This document shows positions 25,339-38,419 of a DNA stretch of 64,000 nucleotides, in pieces; positions within the stretch are counted from its first letter, which is position 1; each line of letters begins with the position of its first letter. A program made the position numbers and the translations under genes. The DNA comes from Octopus sinensis (Eukaryota). The notes under the pieces were generated by a model. It had not been told where the DNA came from. It was given only the letters and a program-made list of their open reading frames with translations, and searched no databases. The stretch spans positions 186,001 through 250,000 of the forward strand of contig NC_043012.1 in assembly GCF_006345805.1 (NCBI RefSeq), written 5' to 3'.

Positions 25339-25498
25339 GTTTTATTATATTAATATAATTATTATTATTAATTTGTAATTTTCATTACCAAAACCCACCC
25401 ATCATCATTATTATTACTTTTTATTAATTCGTCTTGTCTAAGTCACAAAAGCTATGATTAAATATTCGTCTAGTTATTGTTATTCCCCGTGTTTATAT

Positions 25499-25773
25499 TG
25501 TAGTTTTTTGATGTCTGTCTGTGTCAATAACCGACTGCCAAAGACGTCGAGACGAAGGAAGGAGAGAGAACGGAAAGGCCAAGAGAACGGGGTGTACAGA
25601 AAGCTAAGGTGTGGCGGAGTGAGGACAAGCTTCTGTCGTGGAAGGGGGCAGTGACGTTCACTCTTGTACTTGTACGTATACCTTATATTTATGCTGTTAT
25701 TAAATTGTCATTTCCTCTCCAGACCAAAATGGTACTCATTATCTCATCTTCAAGTTATTTTCGTCTTATTCAC
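25499..25773 (+). mobile_element. Possible solo LTR
   Basis: Starts TGT, ends CACA, has a purine-rich U3-like middle and an ATTAAA signal. No convincing TSD. Confidence 0.3.
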
Positions 25774-26118
25774 ATACACACACATACATATATAGACAAC
25801 ACATGCATATGTGTGTATATATACATACAATATATAATAGGTATATATATATGTGTATATATATATATTATATATATATATATAATATTATTATATGTAT
25901 ATATATATATATATATAGATAGAATGTATATGTATATATATATATTAGATATATATATATATCTATTATATGCATGATATATATATATTATATATATATC
26001 GATATATATATATATATATATATAAATACACTTACATACATGCATCTCTCTCTCTCTCCCCCTATATATATATATATATATATAGATTATATATATATAT
26101 ATATATATATATCAATAT

Positions 26119-26320
26119 GTGACCGCGTATGTATCGTTGCGATTTTCTTTCTCCGTCTTCCTTTCTTTGGAATTTTTCTATATTACTGAAGAGGAGCTTC
26201 GCTCGAAAGGTGAAACCCCCTTTCTTGTCTTTCCTTTCCCAAGCGTTCAATAACACAGTACTTGTTCCATGTTCTTTCGTTGTTGTTTTTTCTTGCTTGT
26301 TCTTGTTTGGATTGACTACA
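26119..26320 (+). mobile_element. Short dispersed element, hammerhead-like family 2
   Basis: CTGAAGA-g-gagc-ttc-gctc-GAAA at 26186-26208; tail ends gtttggattgac; reverse complement of 2380-2580. Confidence 0.6.
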
Positions 26321-26979
26321 TATACACATATATGCATGCACACATATATATGTGCACATTCATATATACGAATGAATGTATGTATTTAGGTATGTATTTA
26401 TGCAAAATCACTGTTTACAGGTTTCAGTCCTTGGACAGTTCCCATGCTGGAATCTTTCTCTTCAAGGGTTAAATCAATCATAATCTATGTAATCGAATTT
26501 TTACTTTGTACTTTTTGGCAAAAAAATTATTTCAAATAAGTCACAAGCGTGTGTGTGTGTGTGTGTGTGCACACACACACGCATACACACACACACACGG
26601 ACACACACATACACAAGCCCTCACACATATACACGCACACGCACACTTGCACACGTACACACATACATAATATGTATATGTACGTGTGTATATGTATATA
26701 TATATGAATATATGTATGTATAGACATGAATGTGTGTTTGTGTTTGCGTGGTGGGGGTATGCGTTTGTGTATGTATACATCTATATATATATATGCATGT
26801 CAGTATGTATATGGATATCAATCGAACTATCTGCTTATCTATTTATCTATCTATCTATCATCTATCTATCATATACCTATATATATATAGATATATATAT
26901 ATATATATATATATATTAATATATATATATACTATCTATACATTATATATATATATAGATATATATATATATATATATA

Positions 26980-27185
26980 GGGAGAGTTAACGAGAAAAAA
27001 AACAAAAGACGATGACAGTGGGTGTACAAACAAACAGATGTATTGTTTATAACGCTCAGGGGAACCTGAAAATGTCTTTGCGTTTCGCGCCTACGCTCTT
27101 CTACAGAAGCCACGAAAAAAAAAACAAGGAAAGGAAACAAGAGAGAGAAAAAAAAAAATGTGCGTAGTGGCTACCGCTCTATCTT
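26980..27185 (-). mobile_element. Related short element with a degenerate hammerhead-like motif
   Basis: Minus strand CTGTAGA-a-gagcgtaggcgc-GAAA-cgcaaaga (27107-27075), then cctgagcgtt as in family 2. TA-flanked. Confidence 0.45.
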
Positions 27186-27386
27186 ACATATATATATGTA
27201 TGTATGTATGTATGTAGTAATGTATGTATGTATGTATGCATGTATGTTTGTTGTATGTATGTATATATAAGTCCTGGGGTCGATTGTTCGGTTAAAGGTG
27301 GTGATACAGCATGGCCGCAGTCAAATGATCGAAACAAGTAAAAGAATATATATATATATATATATATATATTCTATATATATATAT

Positions 27387-27425
<39 letters not shown>

Positions 27426-27655
27426 ATATTATATATATATATAATATATATATATACATGAGTCAGAAAAAGAAAGTACTATAAGATATGGATTCAAAGA
27501 ATTGTGTTGCTTTCACAGTAAACCTCTGTGAGAGACTCGGCTATCAGGTCACGAATTTATCAATTACAAAGTAGTGTAATGCAAAGTATCCTAGGAACTG
27601 AACATTTATAAAAATCCAAGCCATAAAATAAGTGATTAAATAAATGTATACTCAC

Positions 27656-27709
27656 CTTTCACAACCCCAGACGTCATGTTTTCATATACACACTCACACA
27701 TTCGAACAG
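27656..27709 (-). other. Candidate 54-nt host exon
   Basis: Minus-strand acceptor tttcataccttctgtatcatag| and strong donor AAG|gtgagta; one open frame, VRMCECVYENMTSGVVK. Confidence 0.3.
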
Positions 27710-27889
27710 CTATGATACAGAAGGTATGAAATACATCTCAAACTAGAGTCACATCATAGAGTTTTTAGGTAGGTTAAAATCATAATTGAAAACATTCATT
27801 TAAAATAGTAATAAGAACAAGTAAAACCAGTAGAATTATCATTATTATTTTTTTTATTATGAGTATCATCATCATCATCATCATCATCA

Positions 27890-27927
<38 letters not shown>

Positions 27928-28356
27928 GTTATTATTATTATTATTATTATCATTATTATTATTATTGTTATTATTATTATTATCATCATCATCATCATCG
28001 TCATTATTATTATTATTATTATTAAAAGTTTGTCTTCATTAAATTTTGTTTATATTTCTTGCCGAATGTCTCTCCGACACCCAGGGCAAAAAACTTATTG
28101 TATACGTTGATACGTCATTAAAATAAACACCAGAAAGTTCATTTACAAAAGCCAATGAAGTTATATAGAGAAAAGTTATTTACATGGATAGTAATCGGTC
28201 TCACATGGACAATTCTCTTCTCAATTCGTGTGACATATCACTTAAAAAATATCTTTTGCACTTCTTTCAAGTGTGCTAAGCCAAACACTTTTTAAAGATA
28301 ACTTTCAGTTCCTTTTGTCATAATTCTTCATGCTCCTACTATCACTGGTATTGTAA

Positions 28357-28588
28357 GGCGGTGAGCTGGCAAAAACGTTAGCACGCCGGGCGAAATGCTT
28401 AGCAGTATTTCGTCTGCCGTTACGATCTGAGTTCAAATTCCGCCGAGGTCGATTTTGCTTTTCATCCTTTCGGGGTCGACTAAATAAGTACCAGTTACGC
28501 ACTGGGGTCGATATAATCAACTTAATCCGTCTGTCTGTCCTTGTTTGTCCCTCTCTGTGTTTAGCTCCTTGTGGGTGGTAAAGAAATA
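28357..28588 (+). mobile_element. SINE type B, full length, 10 bp TSD
   Basis: TSD ggtattgtaa at 28347-28356 and 28589-28598. The central tttcatcctttcggggtcga...aagtaccag resembles the Meta/MESC-type SINE domain (recognised from memory, not aligned). Confidence 0.9.
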
Positions 28589-28611
28589 GGTATTGTAACC
28601 TTTTGTGATAC

Positions 28612-29020
28612 TCTCTTTTACTCTTTTACTTGTTTCAGTCACTTGACTGCGGCCATGCTGGAGCACCGCCTTTAGTCGAGCAAATCTACCCCGGGACTTA
28701 TTCTTTGGAAGCCCAATACTTATTCTATCGGTCTCTTTTGCCGAACCTCTAAGTGACGGGGACGTAAACACACCAGCATCGGTTGTCAAGCAATGCTAGG
28801 GGGACAAACACAGACACACAAACATATACACACACATACATATATATACATATATACGACAGGCTTCTTTCAGTTTCCGTCTACCAAATCCACTCACAAG
28901 GCATTGGTCGGCCCGGGGCTATAGCAGAAGACACTTGCCGAAGATGCCACGCAGTGGGACTGAACCCGGAACCATGTGGTTGGTTAGCAAGCTAGTTACC
29001 ACACAGCCACTCCTGCGCCT
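28612..29020 (-). mobile_element. SINE type A, full length
   Basis: Reverse complement of type A. Confidence 0.92.
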
Positions 29021-29399
29021 ATGATGTCACACTTTTTTCGAATTTAATAAGTAAAACTTTATATTTTCTGAGCTTCTTTTGCCGAGATACTATGACCACA
29101 AAGAATATTCATGTCGATCAAATAAACAGACTTTATTATTTTCGTCTTTTGCATAAATATCTGGTTTATTAGCTTTGATTGTTCTGTATGTTCTTGAAAG
29201 TCCCAAAAGAACCATTACATTTATTCCATCTGTTATAGTCTCAGAGTGATGCTTGTACCACTTGTCAACAGTTATTATTTTATAATGCTGACATACTATC
29301 CATCGTAGATATTGACCAAATCTGTCATATCCTGATTTATGCTCTACTGCTACTTAAAACTTTAACTGGTCTACTGTTTCAATCTCATCACAACCAAGC

Positions 29400-30338
29400 T
29401 CTTCGATCTTCGGTGATGTATTCTTTGCAGTGTGGGGTCACGCATTGTCCTAATGAAACATTACTCCTTTTCGAGTCACTAAAGCGGGTCTTTTTCCTTC
29501 AAAGCTTGGTTCAAACGCTCTAATTGCTGACAGTAGACTTGAGCATCGATTGTTGCATTAAGTAGTAACAATTCAGAGTAAATTACTCCTTTGCAATCCC
29601 ACCAGATAGAGAGAAGAAACTTTTTTCCTTGAAGTTCCCTTCTCGGTTGTGTTTGAGCATATTTCCTTTTACCAAGCTACTGTTTACGGCGTTTGACGTT
29701 AGATAGAAGATCCATTTTTCGTCACCAGTTACAAGTTTATCCAAAAAGGGTGAAATGAGTTAGCGAGAATGGAGAAAAGAGCAGACACCAAATCGGCATT
29801 TGCGGTTGCTTTCGGATAATTCAGGAGGCACCCATTTTCCAAGCTTAGGAATCTTTCGAAGTTGTTGAAGATGACGATAAACAGTTGTATTGTTTGGACT
29901 AAGCCTTATTCCCAATTCTTCAACTGATAATGCAGGATTTTCTTCAAGGAGTTTATCATCAAACTCAACTGAAATCTCCACTTCTGAATTCTCCATTTCT
30001 GAATTTTGCAAACCACCTTCTGCAAGTGCTTTCATTCAAGCATTCTTTCCCATAAACTGAGTGTATGTTTCGAGTCGCTTCGGCTGCAGAGTTTCCTTTT
30101 TTGAACTCAGAAAACATTATGTGCCTCAATTGCTCTTTGGATACTTCCATATTGAAAGGGTTTTAATCAAAGAAATTTTAATTCTATTATTCTGTAAAGT
30201 AATATTTAATTAGTTTCAATGTACACAATTACATAAAAATAATGTTTTAATTCCATTAGACATTCTAAAATACCATTAAATCTCATTCAATTTTTAAGAA
30301 AAAGGTAAAATCGGGCAGAACTTTAGAGATGATCTGAT
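29400..30338 (-). pseudogene. Mariner transposase pseudogene with 5' TIR, 3'-truncated
   Basis: MEVSKEQLRHIMFSEFKKGNSAAEATRNI...RRWFAKFR (HTH), GKWVPPEL (WVPHEL motif), VTGDEKWI and a GVMFH*DNA motif, with frameshifts and stops. Confidence 0.93.
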
Positions 30339-30485
30339 ATATATATGTACGTATGTTATATTATATATATATATTATATATATATATAGTATATATATAT
30401 ATATATATATAAGTGTAGTATGTATGTATATATATATATATATAAGTGTATCTATGATATATATATATATATATATAAGTGTATC

Positions 30486-30529
<44 letters not shown>

Positions 30530-31360
30530 GTATATATATATGTATATATATATGCATTTATATAAAGGTTTGTGTATTTGTGATTGTGTAGTTGAGATTA
30601 TGTATTGTGATACTCACAAACGCGCACACGCACACGTTCATACACATATGCACGTATACATACACATGCGCGCAAACACATTTGCACCCACTCACCACTA
30701 TATATAAGTACATGAACGTATGTATCTATACCCGATATTTTCCTTTTTTTTTCAGAGTAATCGCTGTGTAACCTTTGACCTCGTCACAGATACCAGTCAC
30801 TTCCTTCGGAAACTCTCTGATAACGACTTCTATATATAGGAGCGACACAATTCGTTTGTCTTTTTGACTTGGCCTTGTTTCTTTCTCTTTTTGCTGTTGA
30901 TTGTTGTTGTTATTATTACTGTTGTTGTTTCTGTTGTTATTGTTGTTGTTGTTGTTGTTGTTGTTTGACATATCTGACACAGCGTTTATATTTTCCGTTG
31001 TTTATTCTTGTACAATTAAGAAGGCAGATGAAGGTAAAAGTAGAAGTCTAACCTGTATGGGGTTTTTTTTATTCTCCCATTTGTATATCTTATTTTGTTC
31101 TATATTATGTATTTATTTATATATTTATTTATTTATTCATTTGTATTCCTTTTTTCTTGTTCTACTTCCGCTGGTGCTACTTTTGTCTTCCCTCCTTCCG
31201 GAAACGACAATTAAATACCTGTCATTTACTGAGGTCGTAGAAATTGACTGACATTCACCTACCTTTTTTCTACAATGAATAAAACCTCATGTCAACTTAT
31301 GAAATGTAACACAAACTAATAATTTTATTTGAATTTATAGCAGGTACCTATAACACATGT

Positions 31361-31667
31361 GGCGGCGCAATGGCCCAGTGGTTAGGGCTGCGGACTCGCG
31401 GTCGGATGATCGCGGTTTCGATTCCCAGACTGGGCGTTGTGTGTGTTTATTGAGCGAAAACACCTAAAAGCTCCACGAGGCTCAGGCAGGGGTTGGTGGC
31501 GACCCCAGTTGTACTCTTTCGCCCCGACTTTCTCTCACTCTCTCTTCCTGTTTCTTGAGTAACGCTGCGATGGAATGGGGTCCCGTCCAGCTGGGGGAAA
31601 CACATACGTCACAGTCACCGGAAAACCGGATCCATGAGCCAAGCTAAGATTGAAAAGGGCGAAAAGA
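31361..31667 (+). mobile_element. Mosaic SINE: type C head/body plus type D tail
   Basis: Matches type C to ~31552, then gagtaacgctgcgatgg...cgtccagctgggg as in 54983-55030. Imperfect TSD acctataacacat / acctataatagat. Confidence 0.8.
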
Positions 31668-32395
31668 ACCTATAATAGATACTTAGCAAGTTCTGATTCA
31701 GGTAGTCGAAATCGGCTACTTAAAAACCTAAATATTACCCAGAATTCATTTATATTATTTGTCTTGTCATTAATTATCGTAATTGCTTCTAATTAAGATG
31801 CGAGTATGACTGATTTAAGACCTATAGAGGTCCTAAGCACTCAAAAGATTTTGGCATCCATTTATGTGTAATTCAAAATATAAACAATAATAAACCATAA
31901 AATAAATTTTGATTTTTTTTAAATGAAACAAAACTAACAGAAAGGTGGGGAATAATGTTTTTTTTTTTATACTTCCGCTTGATTTACTTTTTGAAAATTC
32001 TGTACTTTTTTCTAATTGCAAAGTCTTTGGTCAGATCTTCCCTATGACATCATGAACACTTTAAAATTATGTTTCCAATCATATAAATCACTCAGAATTT
32101 ATTTTAGCAAGTTCAAAGTTATATATTTTGTGTAGTAGACCGTTTACTATTTCTGTGATGGTCCCTTATCTTGATGCCCTATGCAGGTGCTTATTTTGCT
32201 TAATGGTTGATCAAGCGCTAGATACAGAGGCAGACATTTGGGGAAGAAGGTTTAGTCGATAACAACGAACCTAGTCCCTAATTGGTATTTTATTTTATCT
32301 TCTCCAGAAAGTTGGATGAAAAGCGAAATCGAAGATCCGAAAAAAAAGCGGTACAAGCTATTTTGTCCGAAGTTTCTAAAGTTTCTGTTAATGAA

Positions 32396-32470
32396 ACAGT
32401 ATTTTCCGGCATACAAGTCGAATATTTCAGACCAAAATTTACAGCCAAAAAAGAAAGGTCGACTTATACA
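32396..32470 (+). mobile_element. pogo/Tigger-like terminal fragment
   Basis: cagtattttccggcatacaagtcga...ggtcgacttatacac resembles pogo-type TIR and subterminal motifs. Confidence 0.35.
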
Positions 32471-33290
32471 CCAATACATCTTTCGATGATCGAAAATATA
32501 ATGTGGAATGCAGTGGTATTTGGAAGGATAGTGATGATGTTTGAATGTTTACGCTACAAGTAACAGTTCAGTTGAGTGACATGACATGATTATGAGAGCG
32601 CCGACCAAAAAATTCTGTCATATTAGTTCCACATCATCACAATTTGACAGGGCGTCCTGTTTAATGTCACATCTTTCCCTGTCTTCCTACGTTGAGTGAA
32701 TATAGTGTTAGTCACAGTAGTGTATTACATCCTTCTTTCTAATTAGTCATTCTATCTGTTCCGATTATGAGGATCTGCTGGTTCATGGGATGACGATTTG
32801 AAAGGCTTTCTGTGCATCACCAGCCCGCTAATACGTGGGTTGCTATTGAGTTATATTCGATATACATCTATACATATACATGTAGGTAGTGGTAGCAATT
32901 TTCTTCACTACTTCAGGGAGTGACAATCCTGCCTGACACTAGTCCCGGGCTCAGCTGACTCCGGTTGACAGTACCCGGTATGGGCCCCTATCCAGGGTTA
33001 CGGAAAGGAGACAACCTTAAAAGAAATCCGGAGTGGAACCCCGTTGGCGGTTTAGTGTTCGACTCGACACTCTTCCGGCAGCTCCTGCAGTCAAGCGTAA
33101 TGCTCTGCACTCCTTTAGACTACGTCAGCAAGGTCGAGAGAGGAATCCTGACGATTGGGCTACCCAGGATTTTCTTACATCTAGCCCAGGCCAGCGCAAA
33201 CTAGAGAGGACATGAAATATAGAAACCAAACAGCATTAGTTTATGGGCAACTCTATTGTCCTCCCGAGACAATGCCAGCAACAACAGCAA

Positions 33291-33343
<53 letters not shown>

Positions 33344-33347
<4 letters not shown>

Positions 33348-33678
33348 TCCGTAATAATGAAGGTGAAAATTAATTAATTTGGAAAAAATTATCAATTACA
33401 CCAAGTAGTCTTCGGCATGTAAAAGCCTCATTCGAGGAAAATTTAAGTAATACTAAGCAATAAGGGTTTAGCAACGAGTTGCCTTACCACATACCGAATT
33501 TAGAAATAGCAGTCAAAGGGTTATAGCTATTTCTTCTACTAAAAGGGAGATCTCAAATTGCGTTTTTTACTGAGATCTCCCTTTTTAGTAGAAGAAAATA
33601 GCTATAACCCTTTGACTGCTATTTCTAAATTCGGTATGTGGTAAGGCAACTCGTTGCTAAACCCTTATTGCTTAGTAT
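33344..33678. mobile_element. Foldback element: ~105 bp arms (33450-33555 / 33571-33678) plus ~105 bp tail, in (TA)n
   Basis: Near-perfect inverted repeat (only homopolymer-length differences), flanked on both sides by (TA)n. Confidence 0.8.
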
Positions 33679-33716
33679 ATATATATATATATATATATAT
33701 TATGTATGTATGTATG

Positions 33717-33747
<31 letters not shown>

Positions 33748-34031
33748 TTTAGTGACTGAAAGAAGTAAAAGATAAAATTTAAATGGCTCTAGCATTAATT
33801 TATTTTCTCTAGCGTCAATTATATTCTTGATATTTGTTGTTTCAGATATCTCAATTTTTTAATGAATTATTAATTATTTATCCGAAACAACAACAGTTAA
33901 CGGACAGAATCAGTTGCGAGGTGTACGAAACAGATTGAGATTTTTCATTGCGTCTTTTTTTTCTATTCCTTTTTTTATTTTAAACCGTGGACTACAAAAT
34001 CTTCCACTCTTTTGAATTTGTTGCTGTATAA

Positions 34032-34412
34032 GGAAGCACTCCGTCGGTTACGACGACGAGGGTTCCAGTTGATCCGATCAACGGAACAGCCTGCTCGTGA
34101 AATTAACGTGTAAGTGGCTGAGCACTCCACAGACACGTGTACCCTTAACGTAGTTCTCGAGGATATTCAGCGTGACACAGGAGTTGCAAGGCCGGCCCCT
34201 TTGAAATACAGGTATAACAGAAACAGGAAGTAAGAGTGAGAGAAAGTTGTGGTGAAAGAGTACAGCAGGGATCACCACCATCCCCTGCCGGAGCCTCGTG
34301 GAGCTTTAAGTGTTTTCGCTCACTAAACACTCACAACGCCCGGTCTGGTAATCGAAACCGCGATCCTACGACCGCGAGTCCGCTGCTCTAACCACTGGGC
34401 CATTGCGCCTCC
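34032..34412 (-). mobile_element. SINE type C, full length, 13 bp TSD
   Basis: TSD tgttgctgtataa at 34019-34031 and 34413-34425. Confidence 0.95.
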
Positions 34413-35162
34413 TGTTGCTGTATAACACCTAAATCTCTCATGATAGAACAGAATCAGAAGAATTCCAATTTTTGAGCATCTTTTATTTTTTTTTTTTTTG
34501 TTCTTTCTCTTAAAGTTACTGAAGATTACTTTATCCAAGGTGTCTCTTTTCCTGAGACGGTTGTGTAAGACGAAGGTTGTTTAGCCGATATTTCAATCTG
34601 GTTAAAGGCCCACATACGACACCCGCCCTCGTTTGCTTAGAGTGCCTAAAGGTTGATAAGATAAATATCTGATGAATTACCAGGATTGATATAATCGGTT
34701 ATACATTTGATGTTGGAGCTTCAGGCACAGCCTAATGACAGAAACTGGCAGAAAAAAATTAAAGGAATCGTGGTATATCATTTCCTTTTAATTAGACTCC
34801 TAACATAACCGAAATTTTATCACAACTCGGAAATTAGAATGAATCGTGAAAGTATCCAACATTCGTATCTTATCTCCAAAAAGGTAGGTGTTTGCTACCG
34901 TCTATTTCTGTCCAATTACCCTAATTACAGCATTTTTAATTTGATGAAGATAATCCTTATTTATCATATTCTCCTATTACACTTTAAAGATTTGTCATTA
35001 ATTCATATTTAACTAAGTGTATCGTCGGTGCGACTCAACATCTATCATCTTTTACAATTTCACTAACACCAGCCCTATCATTAACATTTATTAACTCCCC
35101 TTGCCCCTGTCAACCTCTCTTAACTTTTAACATCTAACTCCATACACACATGCAAGTATGTC

Positions 35163-35227
<65 letters not shown>

Positions 35228-35229
35228 TG

Positions 35230-35665
35230 ATTGAACTCAGAACGTAACGGCAGACGAAATTCCGCTAAACATTGTAGGTAGAAAAGAAATAGGTAATTCG
35301 TCTGCTGCTACGTTCTGATTTCAAATTCCGCCGAGGTCGTCTTTGCCTTTCATCTTTTCGGGGTCGAATAAATTAGTGCCAGTTACGCACTGGAGTCGAT
35401 ATAATCGACTTAATCCGTTTGTCTGTCTGTTTGCCCCTCTGTGTATAGCCCCTTGTGAGCAGTAAAGAAATAAGAAACTTTAGCACGCAAGGTGAAATGC
35501 ATAAAGGTATTTCGTCTGCTGCTACGTTTTGTGTTCAAATTCCGCCGAGGTCGATTTTGCATTTCATCCCTTCAGGATCGATTAAATAAGTGCCAGTTGC
35601 GTACTGGGGTCGATCTAATCGACTGGCTCCCTCCCCAAAAATCTTGGGCCTTGTGCCTAGAGAAG
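35230..35665 (+). mobile_element. SINE type B cluster (short minus fragment plus two plus-strand partial copies)
   Basis: Repeated ttcaaattccgccgaggtcg...tttcatc...ggggtcga motifs. Confidence 0.85.
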
Positions 35666-36377
35666 TATCTTGATGCGTATACACCCGTAGAATAAAAAAT
35701 ACCTGATCGTTATGCAGTTATGTTTCACTACATTGATGTGGTATAATGATGGCTGGTAGAGGGACAAATTCTCTCGACTACAAGCCCAAGGCTTCAAATG
35801 TTGCAAAACTGTGAGAGTTGATTACATCGACAGCAGTGGGGCTTAATTGATACACTTTTTGTCGAGCCCAAAAGGATGAAAGGTTAATGGTAGTTGTTGT
35901 TCTGTGTGTGATGCCACACAAATGCCACCAAATTTTATGTAGAGGTATAACAAAAGTTTTGCATTAAGATTTGTGATTAAATTAATGAGTAAGGTTAATA
36001 TTTATTATGAATTTGACCCAGAATATAAGACAAGGTAGGATGACCTTCGTCTTTCTCTGATGTTTATTGTGCTTTTTAACACAGCAAATCCATAATAAAT
36101 GTTGTCTCAGAAGAAACACTGCAGTAACTGTCCTATTGACAGTCTGTGTATACGTTAAATATGATACCAAGATGACTATTTTAATAAAATACTGCGTCAA
36201 TAGCATATGCCGCTAAGCTGCGAGGCCGTAAAGAAATCGACACTGGTTGTCAAGTAGTGCTGGGGGGAAAACACAATGATACATACAAACACACACACAT
36301 ACATATGTGTGTGTGCATGTGTGTACATATATATATATATATATAATATATATACACACATACAAACACACATCTTG

Positions 36378-36808
36378 CCTTTTACTTGTTTCAGACATTT
36401 CATTGCGGTCAAACTGGGGCTCTGCCTCGAAAGATTTTTTTTTAGTCGAGAGTTCGACCCCAGGAATGATTTTCTTTTAAAGCCTAGTACTTATTCCATC
36501 CGTCTCTTTTGCTGAACCACTAATTTACCAATACCGTGGTCAAGCAGTGGTATGTGGCAGGCAAACACATACACCTAGACGCAAACATGCAAATAGGTAC
36601 ACAGACAAACATTCAAACACGCACACACGCAAACAGATAACTATATGATGAGCTTCTTTCAGTTTCCGTGCACCAAATCCACTCACAAGTTTTGGTCAGC
36701 CCGCCGCTATAGCAGGAGACACATAAATAAATTGCTTCACAGTGGGACTGAAACCGGAACCATCTCGTTGGGAGGCAGGCTTCTTATCTCATAGCTAGAC
36801 CTGCGCCC
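36378..36808 (-). mobile_element. SINE type A, diverged
   Basis: ttttacttgtttcag...ttctttcagtttccgt...cagtgggactgaaaccggaacc...cctgcgcc. Confidence 0.8.
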
Positions 36809-36956
36809 TCTATATATTTATATGCGTGTGTGCGTGTGGATATCAATCTCTATATCCTGCTGAACGTGAATATACAGTATATCCACGCTAAGTAAGATAT
36901 AGAGATTGATATACATACATGTGCATACATATATGCATGCATACACGCATCTCTCT

Positions 36957-36994
<38 letters not shown>

Positions 36995-37059
36995 TATATA
37001 TATATCCTATTACTCAGTCACTCTTTCCTTCACTCCTCCTCGCTTGCTTAAGTGGCTCC

Positions 37060-37480
37060 CACGTGACCATCGACAATCTTTCTTTCTCTCCATTGTAGCT
37101 TGAACAAGGAAGACGTGTTCTTGTTTGTTTCCTGTCCTAGCTTGTTTTACCCGTTCGCCACCACAACCTCGTTCACGTTAGCAGCCCTTCCTGTTTGTTT
37201 TCAATGTCCTGCTCGTGTTATCTATTTTGACTCACCGCAAAATTCCAAATTTTATTTAATTTGCTTTGCGGGAGCAACTGTTTTATCGAAAGCGTATGTT
37301 TTTGCTCAATGCTCGAAATACGTGACTAGAAAAACAGGCAACAACCGATGAAGGCTCGTTCTTTATGTTATTTGCTTTGTTTTCCATTTGTGTCTTTCAT
37401 CGTTCGAAAGAATAGGTCATGTTCCTGTACCCGTGCTTCATAATTTTTGTTGTACACGTTTCATGACGTCCTGTGCCCAC
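37060..37480 (+). mobile_element. Dispersed pseudo-LTR-like repeat, diverged relative of 2716-3152
   Basis: Shared start cacgtgaccatc, internal gggagca...aatgctcgaaat, and end gtcctgtgccca. Confidence 0.5.
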
Positions 37481-37644
37481 ATACACACACATATATATAT
37501 ATATATATTATAGATATATACTATATATATATATATCTATATAATATATGGGACTGAACCGAACCGAACCATGCGGTTGGTAAGCAAGCTACTTACACAC
37601 ACACACACACACACACATATATTATGTGTGTGTGTGTGTGTGTG

Positions 37645-37995
37645 GTGTGTGTGGTAAGTAGCTTGCTTACCAACCACATGGTTCCGGGTTCAGTCCCACT
37701 GCGTGGCACCTTGGGCAAGTGTCTTCTACTATAGCCTCAGGCCGACCAAAATGAAAGAAGCCCGTCGTATATGTTTATATATGTTTGTGTGTCTGTTGTG
37801 TTTGTCTCCCCAACATCGCTTGACAACCGATGCTTGTGTGTTTACGTCCCGGTAATTTGGCGGTTTGGCAAAAGATTGATAGAATAAGTACTAGGTTAAC
37901 AAAAATAAGTCCTGGGGTCGATTTGCTCGACTAAACGCGGTGCTCCAGTATGGCCGCAGTCGCATGACTGAAACAAGTAAAAGATTAAAAGAGAA
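37645..37995 (+). mobile_element. SINE type A, preceded by a short inverted head fragment (37550-37597)
   Basis: Matches type A with an internal deletion. Confidence 0.88.
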
Positions 37996-38109
37996 TATAT
38001 AAATATGTACATATACGTATGTATATATGCATATATATATGTAGATATTATATTGTATTATTATATAATGTATACATATATATATATATATATATATCTA
38101 TATATATAA

Positions 38110-38190
<81 letters not shown>

Positions 38191-38280
38191 ATATGTGTAT
38201 ATATATGTGTGTGCATATATACATATATATACATGCACAAATACATATATATGTGTATGAAGATAGATATATATATATAT

Positions 38281-38341
<61 letters not shown>

Positions 38342-38342
38342 C

Positions 38343-38419
<77 letters not shown>

